A model generated the notes under the pieces. That model was given only the letters and a program-made list of their open reading frames with translations, ran no database searches and was not told the DNA's origin. Shown piece by piece: positions 22,124-35,405 of a stretch of 64,000 nucleotides of DNA. The stretch covers positions 23,002,001 to 23,066,000 of the forward strand of contig OZ038378.1 in the NCBI GenBank assembly GCA_964036045.1. The letters are read 5' to 3'. Every line of letters starts with the position of its first letter. Within the stretch, counting starts at the first letter, position 1. The stretch is from Eutreptiella sp. 'Long Island Sound 2002'. Its lineage: Eukaryota > Protista > Euglenida. Made by a program: the position numbers and the translations under genes.

Positions 22124-25100
22124 CAGACAGGGCGGCACGACTGCAGGTCGGAGGGGCAGGGCAGGAAGGAGCAGGGGGTGGGCTTTTGAGAGGCAGGAGG
22201 GGGTTTGTGGCCGGGGTTGTGAGAAAAGCAGAGGTGGTGGTTTTTTGGAAGGATGCGCCATCAAGGCTGAAAGAGTATGCCGGTTGGTACTTCCCCGTGT
22301 ACGTACATGTGCACCTTTTGAGGAGAGAATCCTGCACTCATGGTTTGGGGGACGGGGGCAAATTTGGTTGGTTGGCAGTTGTGCATGGGGGTCTTGGGCT
22401 AGAAAAAAGTTCGCCTGCCACACATCCCGGCAGCCTCAGACTGGCGACTGGCGTATGATGTCTTCCGTTGGGGGCTTGAAACGCAGCCCCAGCCAGAGCT
22501 TTGAGACTGCAGTGGCCTTGTCGATTCACATCGCCCCCCCCACTGTCCCGCCTCGTCTTGCTTCTGGGCAATCAAGCAAGAACCTCAGCTTTCGCTATGG
22601 GGGAACCGTTCACACCCCCAAATTGCTGCCGCTGCAAACGATCCAGCTCACCCACAGCAAGCCGCAGGTGACACAGACCCCACACTCGCACAGCACGCAT
22701 TCCCTGAATATGCAAATATGCTGTGTCCCCATTGTCCATCCCCATAGTCAATCCACATTGCCCATCCCAGTTGCCAGTCCCCACTGCCAATCCCCGTTGC
22801 CCCTTCATCACCACCCGTCCACACCACACGAGCACAACCCTCAACCGCCCATGCATGCTACCAGTCCGCACCACAAGGCCGGCAGCTTTCATCTCTGTTG
22901 CTGTCCTCTTTTTAGTTCTGTTGTGAAGAGGATGAGGGGAGTGGCTCAGCGCCCAGGCAGGGTCGATTAGCCACAACCCCCGAAGGCTATTTCGGAGCTG
23001 CGGATGTCGGCTTGGCCATCCATGTGCTTACCTTCCCCGCAGCAGGCTTGCAAGCGGAGGGCGCCCCCCCCCCTTGCAAGAACAACAGTAAAAGCACTGA
23101 AAATGACGGCAACACCACCTCTTATTGTTCCGACGCGGGCGTTGATTGCGTGCACCCTGAGAAGACACAAGCGGCAAATCAATGCATCATTGAGGCTCAG
23201 ACAGCCATGCCTACAGAGGTGTGTATTGAATGGGGCGGCAAAAAGTGTCCCTGAAATACCATCCCCAGCCCCGAATCACAGGACAAACTTGTTCTTCATG
23301 GACCACCAGAAACAGGAACCGCCAAATACCACAGTTGGATAAGTTGCGGAAACAACACCTTGCGTTGTTCTGACAAGGGTGTTGTTCTCGCGAAAGGGGG
23401 GGGGGTTGGCACAAGGCCTCGGTATCTGATCGAAGAGGGGGGGGGGGGTGTAGCTGGAATTACGCCAGTGGGGGGGGGGGGTCTTTTGAGGAACAGGTTC
23501 CTTGGTTGAGGTCAAACCCAGAACCTGGTGTCTGGGGGCGTTGACCACTGAACTCCCGCTGGATATCCTGGGCTCGAATCCGGCAAGCCCCACTGAGTGA
23601 CACGCGGGCAGGTCCTTAGACAGGTCGTGTAAGGACCCAGAGGGGCCACCCCAACAGCGCCATTGAGCTCCCAACGTACAACCGGTACCCGGGGCCTATA
23701 ACCAATGAGCTACAGGGGCACCCCTTTGCAGTCCCGTAGGCCAACGGGCGGGCCGCCGCAGTTGCTCTGGCGCACAGGGATGGCCAGGGCTGTTGGGGGC
23801 AGGGGGGAGGGCATGGCTGTGGGTCCGAGGGCCAGGCAAGGGAGCATGGGGCAGTTGCAGGGGCAGCAGACCTTCTTGCGTGGGGGATCCGGCATATTGT
23901 GCTTCTCCACGTAATTCTTATGGTCCTTGTCTGGGTACCAGCGCTGCGACTCAACGATCAGGTAGTCCCCCTGGAGCCCAATGATTTTGCCGAAAAACCG
24001 GATATCCTTCAGCTTCTTCTCGGCGGCCAACTTTGTAATGCACAGATCGATCAAGAGAGCCTCTTGGCCTGGCAGCCCCATGCCTAAACACACATGGGAA
24101 GCGGGGTCCTCCAAGCTCCTTTGCGTTTGCGGACAGGCCTCGCTTTACCGGAGGGACGGGTCCGGGCATCTTATTCAACCCACGCACATGTGGGGTTCGG
24201 GGTGGGACAACTGCTGCATGTGGCTCGGGAAGAAGGGGGTGCAAATGCAGAGGCAGAGGGGAAGAGGAACATGCAACTGCACAGCCCGGAGGCAAGAAAA
24301 GAGTGCCGGTGGAGAGGCCTCAAGGAAGAAGCGAGTAGCAAAGGAGGGGCCGGAGGGAAAAGGAGACCGCAACTGGAGAGGCTCTATGGAAGAGGAGTGT
24401 GCAAAAGTAGAGGCCACAGCAAAGAGGAGACTATTGGAGAGGAGGAGACGAGAGGACACCGCAAATGGATACACTGGGGGGAAGAGGATAGCACAAATGA
24501 ACAGGCCAAAGGGAAGAGGACCAGGTCAAGCACAGGCCGGAGGGAAGTCAGGAGTGAAGATGGCAGGAGGGGTGCAGGCCCAAGACCTCTGAGTCACGTG
24601 TGAGACACCCAGACGCGACTGATCTGAAATCAGTGCTAAAAATGCGGTGTTGCTGCATTTATGAGGGGGGTCACGTGCACACCATGTCTCTGAGGCCATT
24701 GATGGAAAACAAAAGGCCTGGCATCAGTCAATGCACATGCTTATGGCGGTGCTGTCATACAGCACGCTGCCCTGCAAGAAAAGCCCGGTTCCAGATCCAC
24801 CCCTTAAAAGGGTGAATGTACGGCCCTGGGAGCTCAGAAAGCGAGAGAGAACAAAAATTGTTGACTTGAGAACCGTAATTTGACGTAATACTCAAAGCCA
24901 CAAATTTTGCATTGCCCTCCAAACCACTGGCAAACATACAACATGTGTGGCTGAGGGTTCCGTGCTCAACGTCTAATTTACCCAGGACACGCTTGCCCCC
25001 TTGCAGATGGGTGGTGCGCGCACTATGCGTGCAGCACCCAGGCGTGAGCAGACTTTGTGCATCGGGTGAAGCGCCGGGGTTGGACAGGCGGTGGGCAGCA

Positions 25101-27600
25101 CTGAGGCACAAAGCGGTGAGTAGGCCTGTGCACTGAAGCACAGGGGCGGCTCTCAGCCTTTTGCATTTGTGCGCACACGGGACTGAAACGCGGCGTACAG
25201 CAATGTGCTCTGGCACACAGGGCACTACCACGCAGCGAGCAGCCCTGTGCACTGAGGAACGAAGGTGTGAAAAGTGGCGATCAGACTGGCCAGATCAGAC
25301 GTGATCAGGAGGGGCAGGTTGCTATCGAGGCAGAACACAGGACGCAGCAGATCCGACTGCGTTCCGGGTACAGAGTGCCCAGGAAAGCCAGTGCCTTTGC
25401 CGGACACTGATATCATGTCCGGCGACGAGCAAGCGTTGGCACTGACACACAGGGGACTTGCTGGCGGTGATCAGGGCGTTGGGTGACGGGGAAGCACCTA
25501 TGAGCTCAAAGTATCGGCTCTCCATGGCCACCGAGCGATACGTAGGGGCCTTTCGGGGCTTGACCGTCGTGGTCGTCACGGTGACGTTGGGGGTGGGCTT
25601 CTCGACGGTGGTGCTCACTTTGGGCGGCGGAGTCTGAAACAGCGTTGCAGTCTCGGCGGCACGCTTCACGACGCGCGGTGCTGGGGGCACGTTCTGGGCG
25701 TACACCTTGTCAGTGCGCTTGGGGTGGGGGCGGAAGGCCGTCTTCTTGTGCTCGTGAGAGAATTGTGGCAGGCTCTTGGCGTCATTGGCGATGTTGTTCG
25801 GGTTCTTCTCCAGAGTCTTGTAGACCAGCTCCACAAGGTGGTCATAGAGGGACACACCTGAGGCAAGAAGATGGATTCACAACAAAAAGTAGGACTGAGA
25901 ATGGGAGAAATTCCAGACCTGTTGTTCAGAGGGTTCTCTCTGAGAGCAAAAAAAAAAAACAAGCATTTGTGGTCTCTAGATTGGCTGATGGTGCTTCCTA
26001 ATTACAAACAAGAAAAAGGAAAGTCGGTGACCGTACAGTGAGGCATATTCACTGACAGTGGTTGGGCGGTAGCCGACGGCAGTTGGACGACGGTAGTTGG
26101 AGGGCAACCAACAGCAGTTGGAGGGTAAGTAACGGCGGTTGGGCAATTATTGTAGAGGCCCTCTAAGGGCAGTCCTTGGTGCAAAAAAAAGAACCACAGA
26201 AAAGATGGGGTTATATAGGAGCACCCTGGACTGACCGCCAATCGACGGGTTGGCGGTTACCCGACAGCGGTCGGCAATCAAGCTGACTGTGCACAAGGTG
26301 CGGGGCTCAAGGTGGTAGGATCACAAAGAAAAAAGAAAGACAGCACCTCTCAAAGACTCCCCCTGCTGTGCAGACCCTCCGCCCCCCTTAAGCAAGGGGC
26401 GGCCAGGCCCCAAATCAATGCAGTCCATACGCCCAGCACTGTAGACAAAGCGTACGTTGCACATGGCGGTAACAGAATGCACCATGCAACAGGAGGTATG
26501 GACCTCCAGCCACGCACTGGTGACCAGGGACGGTGGTGTGGCCCAAAACAGCATACCAACGCCACGTTCTGGTTGAGCTCCAGTAGATGTTAAATGGGAG
26601 TGCGGCCCAGCTATTTTCTGCTGCAAAGAGGTATTCTGCTTGTGGGCAGTTGGCGGTTGCTCCCCCACCCCCACCCAACTCCTGAGCATGTAGGTGCAGC
26701 CCCCGCACGTGCGATAAACCCCTCCATGCCACTTCCTTGAGGTGCAGGTCAGGTGCTGCACAAACTCCACCTCAGACAGCAAGACAGTCGCCCTCTTTGT
26801 TTCGAAGCCTTCGTGTTGCTGGTCCGTTACCATCGGAGGAATAATTTCAGGGGTTTTTTGTGGGGAGGGCCAAAATTAGGGGGAGGGGATTTGGTATTAC
26901 TCCGTAGAAATGAACGAAAATTTTGGTATAGGGCCCCTTTCTGATGCTTCCTAGTGGTTATTTCTTGGTGGATTCTGGGTGGTTACTGTTATTTCCTGAT
27001 GGGCTCAGATGGTTGCTAGATGGGCTGAGGTCCTACAGAGAACACAGTATCAGTTGAAATCTCTATGTTGCACATTCACAGTGCATGTAGCACACAGAAA
27101 TCCCTGCTTGCAGCCCGTGTCTGGTGTGCACATTGTGGCACATACCAAGCTTCAAATTGAAGAAAATAATTTGGTACGAGGGAGGGCCTCGGAATTTGTC
27201 CACATCGATTTTGTCCGCTTACAATTTTTTCCTCCCACTGTATCAGAAGATACACGGACACATCCTTGGCTGGCTGGCTTGGGTGACTCTGGCCCAAACG
27301 TCACCAGCGATGCCCACCTTACGTCCCTCACGTCCCTTACCCACCGCCACGCATCTGCCTCGTGCCCCGTAAAGTACACCACCCTCCCTCCCCATCACCC
27401 ACAACAATGCCCCGCTTCCGTCGCTTCACACAAACAGCCATGCCACCCTCCAGCCCCTCACACCTACAACCATACCACCCTTCTGCCGCCAATAGGCCCC
27501 TCCGGTGCCACACGTGCACAGTCATCGGAGATAAAAGTGACACACCACTGGGGTCAGTCTTTTGGAGGTAGGCCTTGGCCTTGATCTCTGCTTCAGTCAT
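18694..27600 (-). CDS. RSP4/6: Radial spoke head protein RSP4/6 (RSPH4A/6A family), 6 exons: 27600-27546, 25857-25498, 24083-23872, 22035-21538, 20196-20005, 19101-18694; 574 aa
   Basis: Five GT-AG introns give one 1725-nt frame. Family motifs: [117 protein letters not shown]. Confidence 0.93.
20005..20196 (-). CDS. RSP4/6: RSP4/6 exon 5 (acidic)
   Basis: gccag|gttaac ... gaggag|gtacac; 192 nt, phase 0. Confidence 0.85.
21380..21445. repeat. (GACA)n/(GA)n microsatellite; another (GA)n at 22087-22119
   Basis: Seen directly in the sequence. Confidence 0.9.
21538..22035 (-). CDS. RSP4/6: RSP4/6 exon 4
   Basis: cccag|gttcca ... aaggag|gtgtct; contains the conserved core motifs. Confidence 0.92.
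23064..23405. mobile_element. Probable MITE with poly-C-CTT terminal inverted repeats
   Basis: ccccccccccttgcaagaacaaca ... tgttgttctcgcgaaagggggggggg; no clear TSD. Confidence 0.45.
23490..23719 (-). mobile_element. tRNA-derived SINE-like sequence (not a complete tRNA)
   Basis: The minus strand starts gcccctgtagctcattggttatag, like a tRNA 5' acceptor strand plus D-arm/A-box. B-box-like ggattcgagccc lies ~140 nt later, then a second A-like (gttcagtggtcaacgc) and B-like (gggtttgacc) pair. No anticodon arm or 3' acceptor strand found. Confidence 0.4.
23872..24083 (-). CDS. RSP4/6: RSP4/6 exon 3
   Basis: tttag|gcatgg ... aagaag|gtctgc; [14 protein letters not shown]. Confidence 0.92.
25498..25857 (-). 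CDS. RSP4/6: RSP4/6 exon 2
   Basis: ctcag|gtgtgt ... catag|gtgctt; SLYDHLVELVYKTLEKNP. Confidence 0.9.
26050..26290. repeat. Degenerate ~21-bp minisatellite (cggcagttgg/cggcggttgg units) in RSP4/6 intron 1
   Basis: Repeated cgacggcagttgga / caacagcagttgga / aacggcggttggg. Confidence 0.55.
27546..27600 (-). CDS. RSP4/6: RSP4/6 exon 1 (MTEAEIKAKAYLQKTDPSG)
   Basis: ATG at 27600; donor g|gtgtgt; joins exon 2 in frame to give the conserved AKAYL...GVSLYDHL. Confidence 0.88.
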
Positions 27601-27656
27601 TGGATGTTCGGTTGGCACGATCTCACACAATTCGGGGACTACTCTGTCAAAAATAC

Positions 27657-27680
27657 CTGGAAAAGCAGGTTTGTAGGACA
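27657..27680 (-). promoter_or_regulatory. Candidate trans-splice (or 5'-UTR intron) acceptor upstream of RSP4/6
   Basis: Pyrimidine-rich cctgcttttccag, 56 nt upstream of the ATG. Confidence 0.4.
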
Positions 27681-27870
27681 CAGGAGCCACCACCTCAACT
27701 TATGACTTTCTGTGTGCTTTTGGGGTTGCTAAGAAGGTTAAATATGCCACAAGATAGGTTGTATGTGGCGTGAGTGCCCATCCAGAACAGTCTCTGGAGA
27801 CCATTTCGGCCATGTCAACGACGCACAAAGCAATTGAAATATCAACCAGCAGGAATGCACCACTCTCAAA

Positions 27871-28721
27871 ATGCAGCTGCCCAATCTGGTTGGAGTGCAG
27901 ACACCCAATTACAACATAACCGGGTGTCCACCACACAGACATGACCCCAAAACTGATCTACGCCATTTTCGCTCCTGCATTGGCATTCAAATGGGTTTGG
28001 GCCGAATAAGGGAAGGGCTCCCAGGGTTCGACCTACTGACCTCTCCAGCCACTGATGTGTGCACGATGCCTCTTTTTGCGTCACTGGTACTGGAATATCT
28101 CGGTGCCGTTGAGTTTTGTGCCGGCTCGGTGGGTTTTTGGGGGTCAATGCCATTGTTGCCTCATTTGTGCCCACTGAGTGTTCCGGAGGTGGGGTATGTG
28201 GGGTATATTCGGAAAGCCCTTGAAAAGGGCTATTTGGAACACCCGGGTCTGCATGCTGTACTGACGATATGTTTGAGATATTCGTCCGTTTTGGACGGTG
28301 CCTGTGTTCCTTGCTGCCTCCTTTTGTCAACAGGAAGCTACCATGTCTTCATACAAATCCACGCCATGCGCTGTTGCATCCCCATATGCACCACAGAAGC
28401 CCTTGATTCACAAAGCGGCATGCTCTGGGGGTGCAAACTGGGTGCAAGTTACTCGCCAGATGTTCCCTAGCAAAGCATAAAAGGCTCGAACAGCCGGTCA
28501 GCCAGCAGCAACCAGCATGCACCCACAAGGAGCACCAGATTTTGACGTCCGCTGAGGCCACTGCTTTTTCATCCCAATTTTGGGATCGAAATTGGGATGG
28601 GGATTGGGAAACATTGAAGAAATATGTTCCCATTCACAAACATGGGGACGTCTACCCCAATGGGGTCCCAGCCCTGGTGGAGAGGGGCAATGATGACGAC
28701 GATTCGGACTCGGAATCATGA
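27871..28721 (+). pseudogene. Decayed ORF of probable transposon origin
   Basis: A 199-aa frame plus a frameshifted tail (SQFWDRNWDGDWETLKKYVPIHKHGDVYPNGVPALVERGNDDDDSDSES*) with protein-like composition; family not established. Confidence 0.3.
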
Positions 28722-31700
28722 GTGTTCCAAACTATGCGGTGCATGCTCTGTGTGCATTGTCCCATTCGCTGCTCTGTGCTCAAATATACAAAATTCACAG
28801 TGGCTGATGGTAAGTGGCCAGAATCATATTCCCCAAAACCATGGCAAGCAAGCCACCCTGTGTCTATGTTGCATTGGTCTCTAGCCTCATCAGTGTGCTC
28901 AGGGTGTTGTGTTTTGGCATTGTATCCTTATGAGCCATGTCTTCGGTGTTTGGGTAAGATTTGCCTGTGGTAAACGATATTTTCCTTTTGCCGTGCTGTG
29001 TCCTAGTGGTCGCATGGGAAGCAACCCTCCTGGGTTGGTTGCTTCTTTTGCCAGTATGTTACCTTGAATGTCTAGGCAGCCGACGTCTTTTAGTCCAGTT
29101 GTGAAAGTTCTGGATCCTACGTACTTACTGACATGTGTTTCTGGTGTTGCCGCAAAATATTGTTGTTTTGTATGGTGTATATTTGCAACACATGAATTTT
29201 ACTTCTGTCTTGTCCATCCCTGGATGGACAAGTGGTATGTTCGGCCCTGTAAGTGTTGGCAGCATGCTTCTGACAAAATTTTTCGTTTAAACTGGAGCTT
29301 ACCACTGTGCAAGGCAAACGGTATCTCCGTTAGGTTGGAAATTATATCGGCTAGTTCAAGGCAGTGGTTTGCTGTGATTTGTATGTCTTCGGCAGTTGGC
29401 AATTGTTGATGTGTTCAATGTAAAAAGACAAATCACAAAGTTGTCCACCAACTTGCAGTGAGTTTGTGCAGAATTTGTTGTGACTGAGCCGAATTAATTG
29501 GAAATTATTGCTACAACTCTTTGTTCTCACCATGCAAATTTGCAGGTGCCTTGCAGATGCAACCAGTTTCCCCATAATTCATATCTCTCGGGGGCAGTTC
29601 ATAATGTGCCAACTCGGTGGGTTTTGGCACTTTTTCCAGGTTTTCTGAACTTTTGGTCCAATGCGCCAAAATATCGTTCATTTGGCAGGGGGGTATGTGT
29701 ATACTTTTTGAAATCTGTGAGAGAAGGCCGTTTCAGAAATGTATGGGGTAAGAGGGGGGGGGGGGTAAGTGGTCACATATTGTATAGTGTCTTGGCTTGG
29801 TATGATGCATTCTCTTGACCATAGCAAGGCTTGAGTGGCCAATTGTATGCCAACCCCCAATTCTCCCACAATGCACTACACCCCTGCCCTGTGCCACAGG
29901 GCACACCAAACCCCATGAGAATTATTGTTGGCCCAACCCCAAAAAGGTGCTTGTCACCATTTCACACTTCAACAGGTGGAGATGGGACAGAGCCATTGGC
30001 CGTGGGCATAACAAGGTGCTTCTCAGCAGTTTGAGCCTCAACAAAGTGGAGGTGGGATAAACTGTTGGTCTTGAGCCTAACAATGTGCTTCTTGGTGCTT
30101 TGCAACTCATAACCCCAAAATACCTTTCAAGATCCGGATTCAGTGTCACATGTGGTGGACCACAATCCAGAAATGCACCTTGGAAGATGGGTGATCATGA
30201 GTGGAAATGACGACCCCATCCTTGTGCGAACAGCGTGGAAGCCCCCAAGTTATACCAAAAATGTGTACTGATTGTTGTCATGCACCAATCCCGACAAATC
30301 ACATGCATCCTTGGATACAAGCAAACAGTTCCACCAACTTGCAGTCTGCGGACACACCAGCAAACAGTCAAACTGTGAAACCTCACCAAACATTAATCAA
30401 TAGGGACTTAATAACGGTGTTAACAAACCATACAGTGTTGGCACATTCTGTAGCTTCTGCTGCAACCCAATTTTTGTGATTTGTTCCAATACAATAGTTT
30501 CAGAATTCACATGTTTGAGGCCCCAAACATATGGCACCGGCCTCCATACACGTCACCCCAGATGTTTGAGGTCCCAAACGTCCGGCATTTGAGGCCCCAT
30601 CCATCGCCTCGTGTTGCACAACATGTCTCAGGCCTCAAACATCTGGTGTTGGTCACTATACAAATATCACTTGATTTTTTTTTGAATTTGAATTTTTGAA
30701 TCTAAATGTAGTGCCATGTGCCCCTAGCACCACATAATTGAGGTCCCAAACATTTGAAGCTGTGTACTAAAAAGCCACAACCTGACAAAATCTTTTTCTT
30801 TGTCGTGTTCGCAAATACCAAAAACTTGAGGAGTAGTAGTAGCCAAGTAAGGACATACAAAACGGGGCCTACTAGGCTTGGTGGATGAGGGCACACGTGT
30901 TTGCGTGGATAAATTTCGTAGTTATAGTGTGTGTGGCTGGTGGTTGCTTTGGGCGTTACATATATTGCCACTGCATGCGCACCTGGTTCAAGGAACACTT
31001 TATTAGCTTATAGCCGCCACATGCTCTCGAGACCACCACCTTCTACCCCTTGTTCATTGCGGCCCCAAGTCGCCTTGCCACGTGTGCGGAGAGGGGTAGG
31101 GGCCCCTTTAGCCCAGAGAGGAGATGTCCAATATACTATGAATCGACTAAGACACATCCAGAATTTTTGTCTCGCTCAAAATGACCGGCTCGATGAGAAA
31201 CCTCAGAAAATCACCTACGTTTGCTCTATGTATGATCGTTTTGAAGAGTTAGCGGGGTTTTAAGCAGTTTTTCAACTAGTCTGGGCAGAATTTCGGCTAA
31301 ATTTGGCGCACATCGCTATGTGTCGATTTGACCCATGTTGTAGCCCCTTAAAATGACCGACTCGAGCCAAAACGTCAAAAAATCATCTTTGTTTGTTGAA
31401 TTTGGTGCAGGTTTGCAGAGTTACAACTATTTTTGTCATGTTGTTGGGCAGCTTTTGGCTCCCTTTTTGGACAAACTTGGGCATGTGCAAATTGAATACT
31501 TTGATGGAAGAGTAGCATACACGGCCAAGTAAAGACACGAAAGGGGGTCTGCTTGGCTTGGTTGATGAGGGGTGTACCCCTCATCACCAAGTCTAGCATG
31601 TGGCCGGATGGCCACCGGAGTTTTGTGTATAATTTGTGTGTAGTCTGTACTTTATATGCTGTATTTGTGGAATGTGTTGCATGCTCTGCGAGCATGCTTT

Positions 31701-33029
31701 TCGCTGTGCCCTCTTGCGTTCCAGACCCCCGCCTGCTACCCCTTGTTGATCGCCCCCTCCCTGGGGGTTGTTTTCTGTTGGGGTTCGGTTTAAGAAGCAC
31801 CAAAAAGGTAAATTGTGGATTCAATACCTTCTTATGGTACTGTTGTAACTGGCACATAACCAAACTCAGCATCCAATTGAACACAAAAAACCACCATATC
31901 AGAGTATCATGGTATTCAAAAACTACCACATGTGGGCATGAGTCAAGTGAATGATGATGTCACCATCTTTGCATATGACAAATCAGAGCACCTACCTGCA
32001 GCCCAAGACACTCCTACTAGCTGCCTGCCTGTCCATTTGTCTTGAACGGCTATGACTCTTCTCCCGCTCAGACCCCACAGCCCTGACCTCCTCAACTAAA
32101 GGCAAAGGAGGAATGTAAGGCACAGGTTTAGGAGTAGGCTTTTTGTAGATTTTGAGATGTGATGTTGCTTCTGACGAAGCCTTGATTGTTCAATCAAGTG
32201 ATACTCAGATAGTGCTTGCTTTTTCAATTCGGCAACACTGGGGGCTGCGGATTTTTGTGATTCACATCAACAGTATTCTTGAGGCCGGGCGGAGGGGCAT
32301 GATCTGCAAGAAATGTGTGAGACAGAAAAGAGGCAGAAAAAAAGCGGATAAACAATCGCAGCAAAGATGCACCACATATTTGTGTCCCTCCATCGGTCCC
32401 AGTGAACAAACTAGATTGCTTTTTCAGTCGTAATTTGTCAGTGTACACTACCTGGAGAGAACCTCGTCATGCTGTGAAAACTGCATGCCATCGCGGCTAT
32501 ACTGTCGACTTTGCTGGTGAATCAGGGTTTAAGGGCAGGCCCATACAGCCGATGTCCTCTGCTCAGCTTCAATGTCTGGTGACCATCTGCTGTTGCTGTG
32601 CAACCCAATGCTGTGCCAAAGAGGGGGCCAGTGCCAGACCCTCCATGGGCTACGTCAGTGTGTGACACACTTGCTTAGGTAGGTCAGGTCAAGCGGAAAT
32701 TTCGTCCCACACCCATCAGACATGGCCATGCCCCTGAGGCAGCCCGGAGGCAACCAAATGCTCTGTGCCCTAGACATGACCAACAGGTCCCACCGGGGCA
32801 CACCCAAACAAAATCCCAAGGCCAATACATCACACTGACAACAGCAGCAGAACATGGTGATATTACAAGGAACGGCATTGCAAACTTTTGGGCGTTGTGA
32901 AGGAGCAGTGGCCGATGCAGAGTTGCCCGCGACCTCGGCCACCAATGTCAGGTAGTGCCAGGCCAACAAAAGGGACCACCAGCCAAAAGGCTGGTGATGG
33001 TTTTGCTGTTGCACGTATTTACATATCCC

Positions 33030-33650
33030 TCTGTTGACGTTTCGTGCCTGCATTTCGCATCACACCCTGATTAAGCAGATAACCAACAACCTCCCCTCCC
33101 GCAAATACTTCCTCCGGGGGCACTATGAAATCGAGGTTGGTGGGCTGGCCCAATTATTGAGGGGGAAGGGGGTTATTTTGGATGCACCAATGCTTTGTGG
33201 TCCGCAACAGTGCAATGAATATTGATCTCCCTGGTGCATTGTGCAATGATGATGAGGATCCTGGATTTGCGTCCTCTTCTGATGACAACTTGTCAGAACA
33301 TGACCATCTTGACCTTGGAGAAGGCTTTGCATTGCTTACTACAGATGGCATGAACATTCTAGTGGCCGTAGTGCTGATGAACACCGTGCTGATGGCCAAC
33401 CAGAAGACAAGCAGGACACAGATGAAGAAACTGTCAACGAATCTGTGACAACAGTGCGTCGCCCTGACCGAAATGCCAGACAGAAATATGCTATTCTGAA
33501 ACTCAGCACAGGTGGGCTGACAATGCTGATGAGCGAATTGCTGCGTGTGCTGATTGCCAACAGCCCTCTCCGACTACTTCATGCAATGCATGTCACAAAA
33601 ATTTGTGTGATGACTGTGCAGTGGAATAAGGCAAATGAAACGGTAGTGTG
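33030..33650 (+). pseudogene. Decayed ORF with an acidic region, unknown origin
   Basis: Frameshifted pieces KYFLRGHYEIEVGGLAQLLRGKG, DDEDPGFASSSDDNLSEHDHLDLGEG and DEETVNESVTTVRRPDRNARQKY. Confidence 0.25.
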
Positions 33651-34571
33651 AACAGAGCGTCAAAAAATCCTTTGAGCATCCGATCACGTTGCCTGGCTTG
33701 CCGCTCTTTGGTTCATTTGTCACCACCATGTGGATTTTGTGGAATCAGTTCCAATCTGGAGGGAATCCTGGGGGGGGTGAGACCTAATTAAGGTGAGCTA
33801 AACGAAGGTGCAGGCGGAACCTTTGGTAGACTCACCTTGTTTAACAAAGTAACCTACCAACTTTGGGGGGGGTTATTTTTGTAGCATTCCAGAGGCCCTC
33901 TGACTAGTTCGCAGCAAGTGACACAGTGCCCCGTCTTACCCTGCTCCATCCCCCACCCCCGTGCTTGCCTGCAGCTGGCCTCCCCTCCATGCATCCCTCC
34001 CCCAGCTTGCTCGCTGAGTGGTCGATGCTCATTTGGTGGACCCCAATTGAATATCCAACAACGCCACAGCCCCCTTTGTTACCGGGGGATATCGCAGGGC
34101 TGGTCAACCTTGGATGGGTCGGACCCGTCCAGCGTACCAAGGGAACTCACATCACCTCACCTCAACTCACTCGCCGCTGAGTGAAGAAGATGCCACGACT
34201 GTGCCATTTAGCGCGTAGGTAGCCCAAATACAAACTAAATCGTCAAAAGAGGCAGGTCTTCAGTCACAAGCAACAGGCGTCTTCCAGCGAAGAAGAGTAG
34301 CAGCCCAAGAACCTCTCACAAGCCCCAAAGGGCACAGCAGTCTGCGTAGCTCCCAAATCCCCGAGCAACAAATGGTACTCCAACCAGAACGCGATGGCGC
34401 CACTCTGTCGATTCCGAGCATCTGCGGCCGTTTGTGTCCTCGCGCTTGAGTGGCACCCGACCTCCCACCCCCATCACATCCTCCCACCCGTTTGGAGACG
34501 GCAAAGGCGTGGTGGGAGGCGTACAAGAGCGGCGGATGAGCCCTCACGTGTAGTACCTATGCACCTCCGTC

Positions 34572-35405
34572 TCACCACCCGTCGCCATAGTCCTCCGCGT
34601 GGTCCTGCTGCTCCACCGCCCTTTCAGCACCGGGACGCGTGGGCGGGTCGGCGTCCCCGCCGCTGGAGCGCGCACCCGATTTCATCACATTTGCCTTGCC
34701 AGGCCCCTTGTGCACATGGTCGCCCTCCGGCCCCTCAGGCGCCTCCCAAACATGGAAGCCCCCCTCCATCTTCCAGCCCCCCAGCTGTGCCTCTCCCCTT
34801 CCTCCCGTCCCTCCCCGCCCTCCGGCCTCCGCCCAGCGGCCCCCTCCGTCCCGACCCCCCCCCTCCGTCCCACTGTCCCCCATCCCGTCCTCATTCCATC
34901 CGAGCCCTGTCTGGGCCTCGCCCCCCCTCTCGCCCTCCGCAGCACCGTTCAGGTCATGGCGGCGGCGCGGGCGGTCACTCTTGGCAGCCGCGTGCGCCTC
35001 CCATGCCCGCGGCCTCGACCCTGGCTCTCCACCATAGCCCCAGCGCTCCGCCTGTGCACCTCCGTACCCTCCATCTGCACCTGTGCCCCAGTCTACGTAG
35101 CCCCAAGCGGCGCGAGCGCCAGTCGCAGCCCCAGCGTCAGAGGACCACCCGTCAGCGTTCGACGGCGCGGGCGCAGGCCCTAGCACGCTGTAGGAGGGCA
35201 CGAGAACGCCCTGTTCCTTCCCAAACCGCAGGTACTCGCGGAAGATCTCGTTCCCACGCATCGTCGCGGCATCGGCCACGACAATGAAGCCGTACTGCGC
35301 ACGGGTCATCATGACATTCAGGCGCTTCCAATCCTGCGTGAACCCGGTGTTCTCCCACTTGTTGCTGCGGACCATGGACACGATGATGATCTTGGTGTGC
35401 CGCCC
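34572..35405 (-). CDS. Helicase last exon (motif VI plus Gly-rich low-complexity tail)
   Basis: gtgcag|gggcgg; RLNVMMTRAQY; stop at 34572. Confidence 0.9.
   Translation of the reverse strand, partial: GRHTKIIIVSMVRSNKWENTGFTQDWKRLNVMMTRAQYGFIVVADAATMRGNEIFREYLRFGKEQGVLVPSYSVLGPAPAPSNADGWSSDAGAATGARAAWGYVDWGTGADGGYGGAQAERWGYGGEPGSRPRAWEAHAAAKSDRPRRRHDLNGAAEGERGGEAQTGLGWNEDGMGDSGTEGGGRDGGGRWAEAGGRGGTGGRGEAQLGGWKMEGGFHVWEAPEGPEGDHVHKGPGKANVMKSGARSSGGDADPPTRPGAERAVEQQDHAEDYGDGW

Noticed and set aside
23690-23719. Functional tRNA gene
   Set aside because: Only the 5' acceptor strand and D-arm are tRNA-like; no cloverleaf can be completed.
29922-30149. TLNPDLERYFG resembles the P-element QD.LE.FFG motif
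   Set aside because: Too short, and the flanking frames do not continue any P/THAP9-like sequence.
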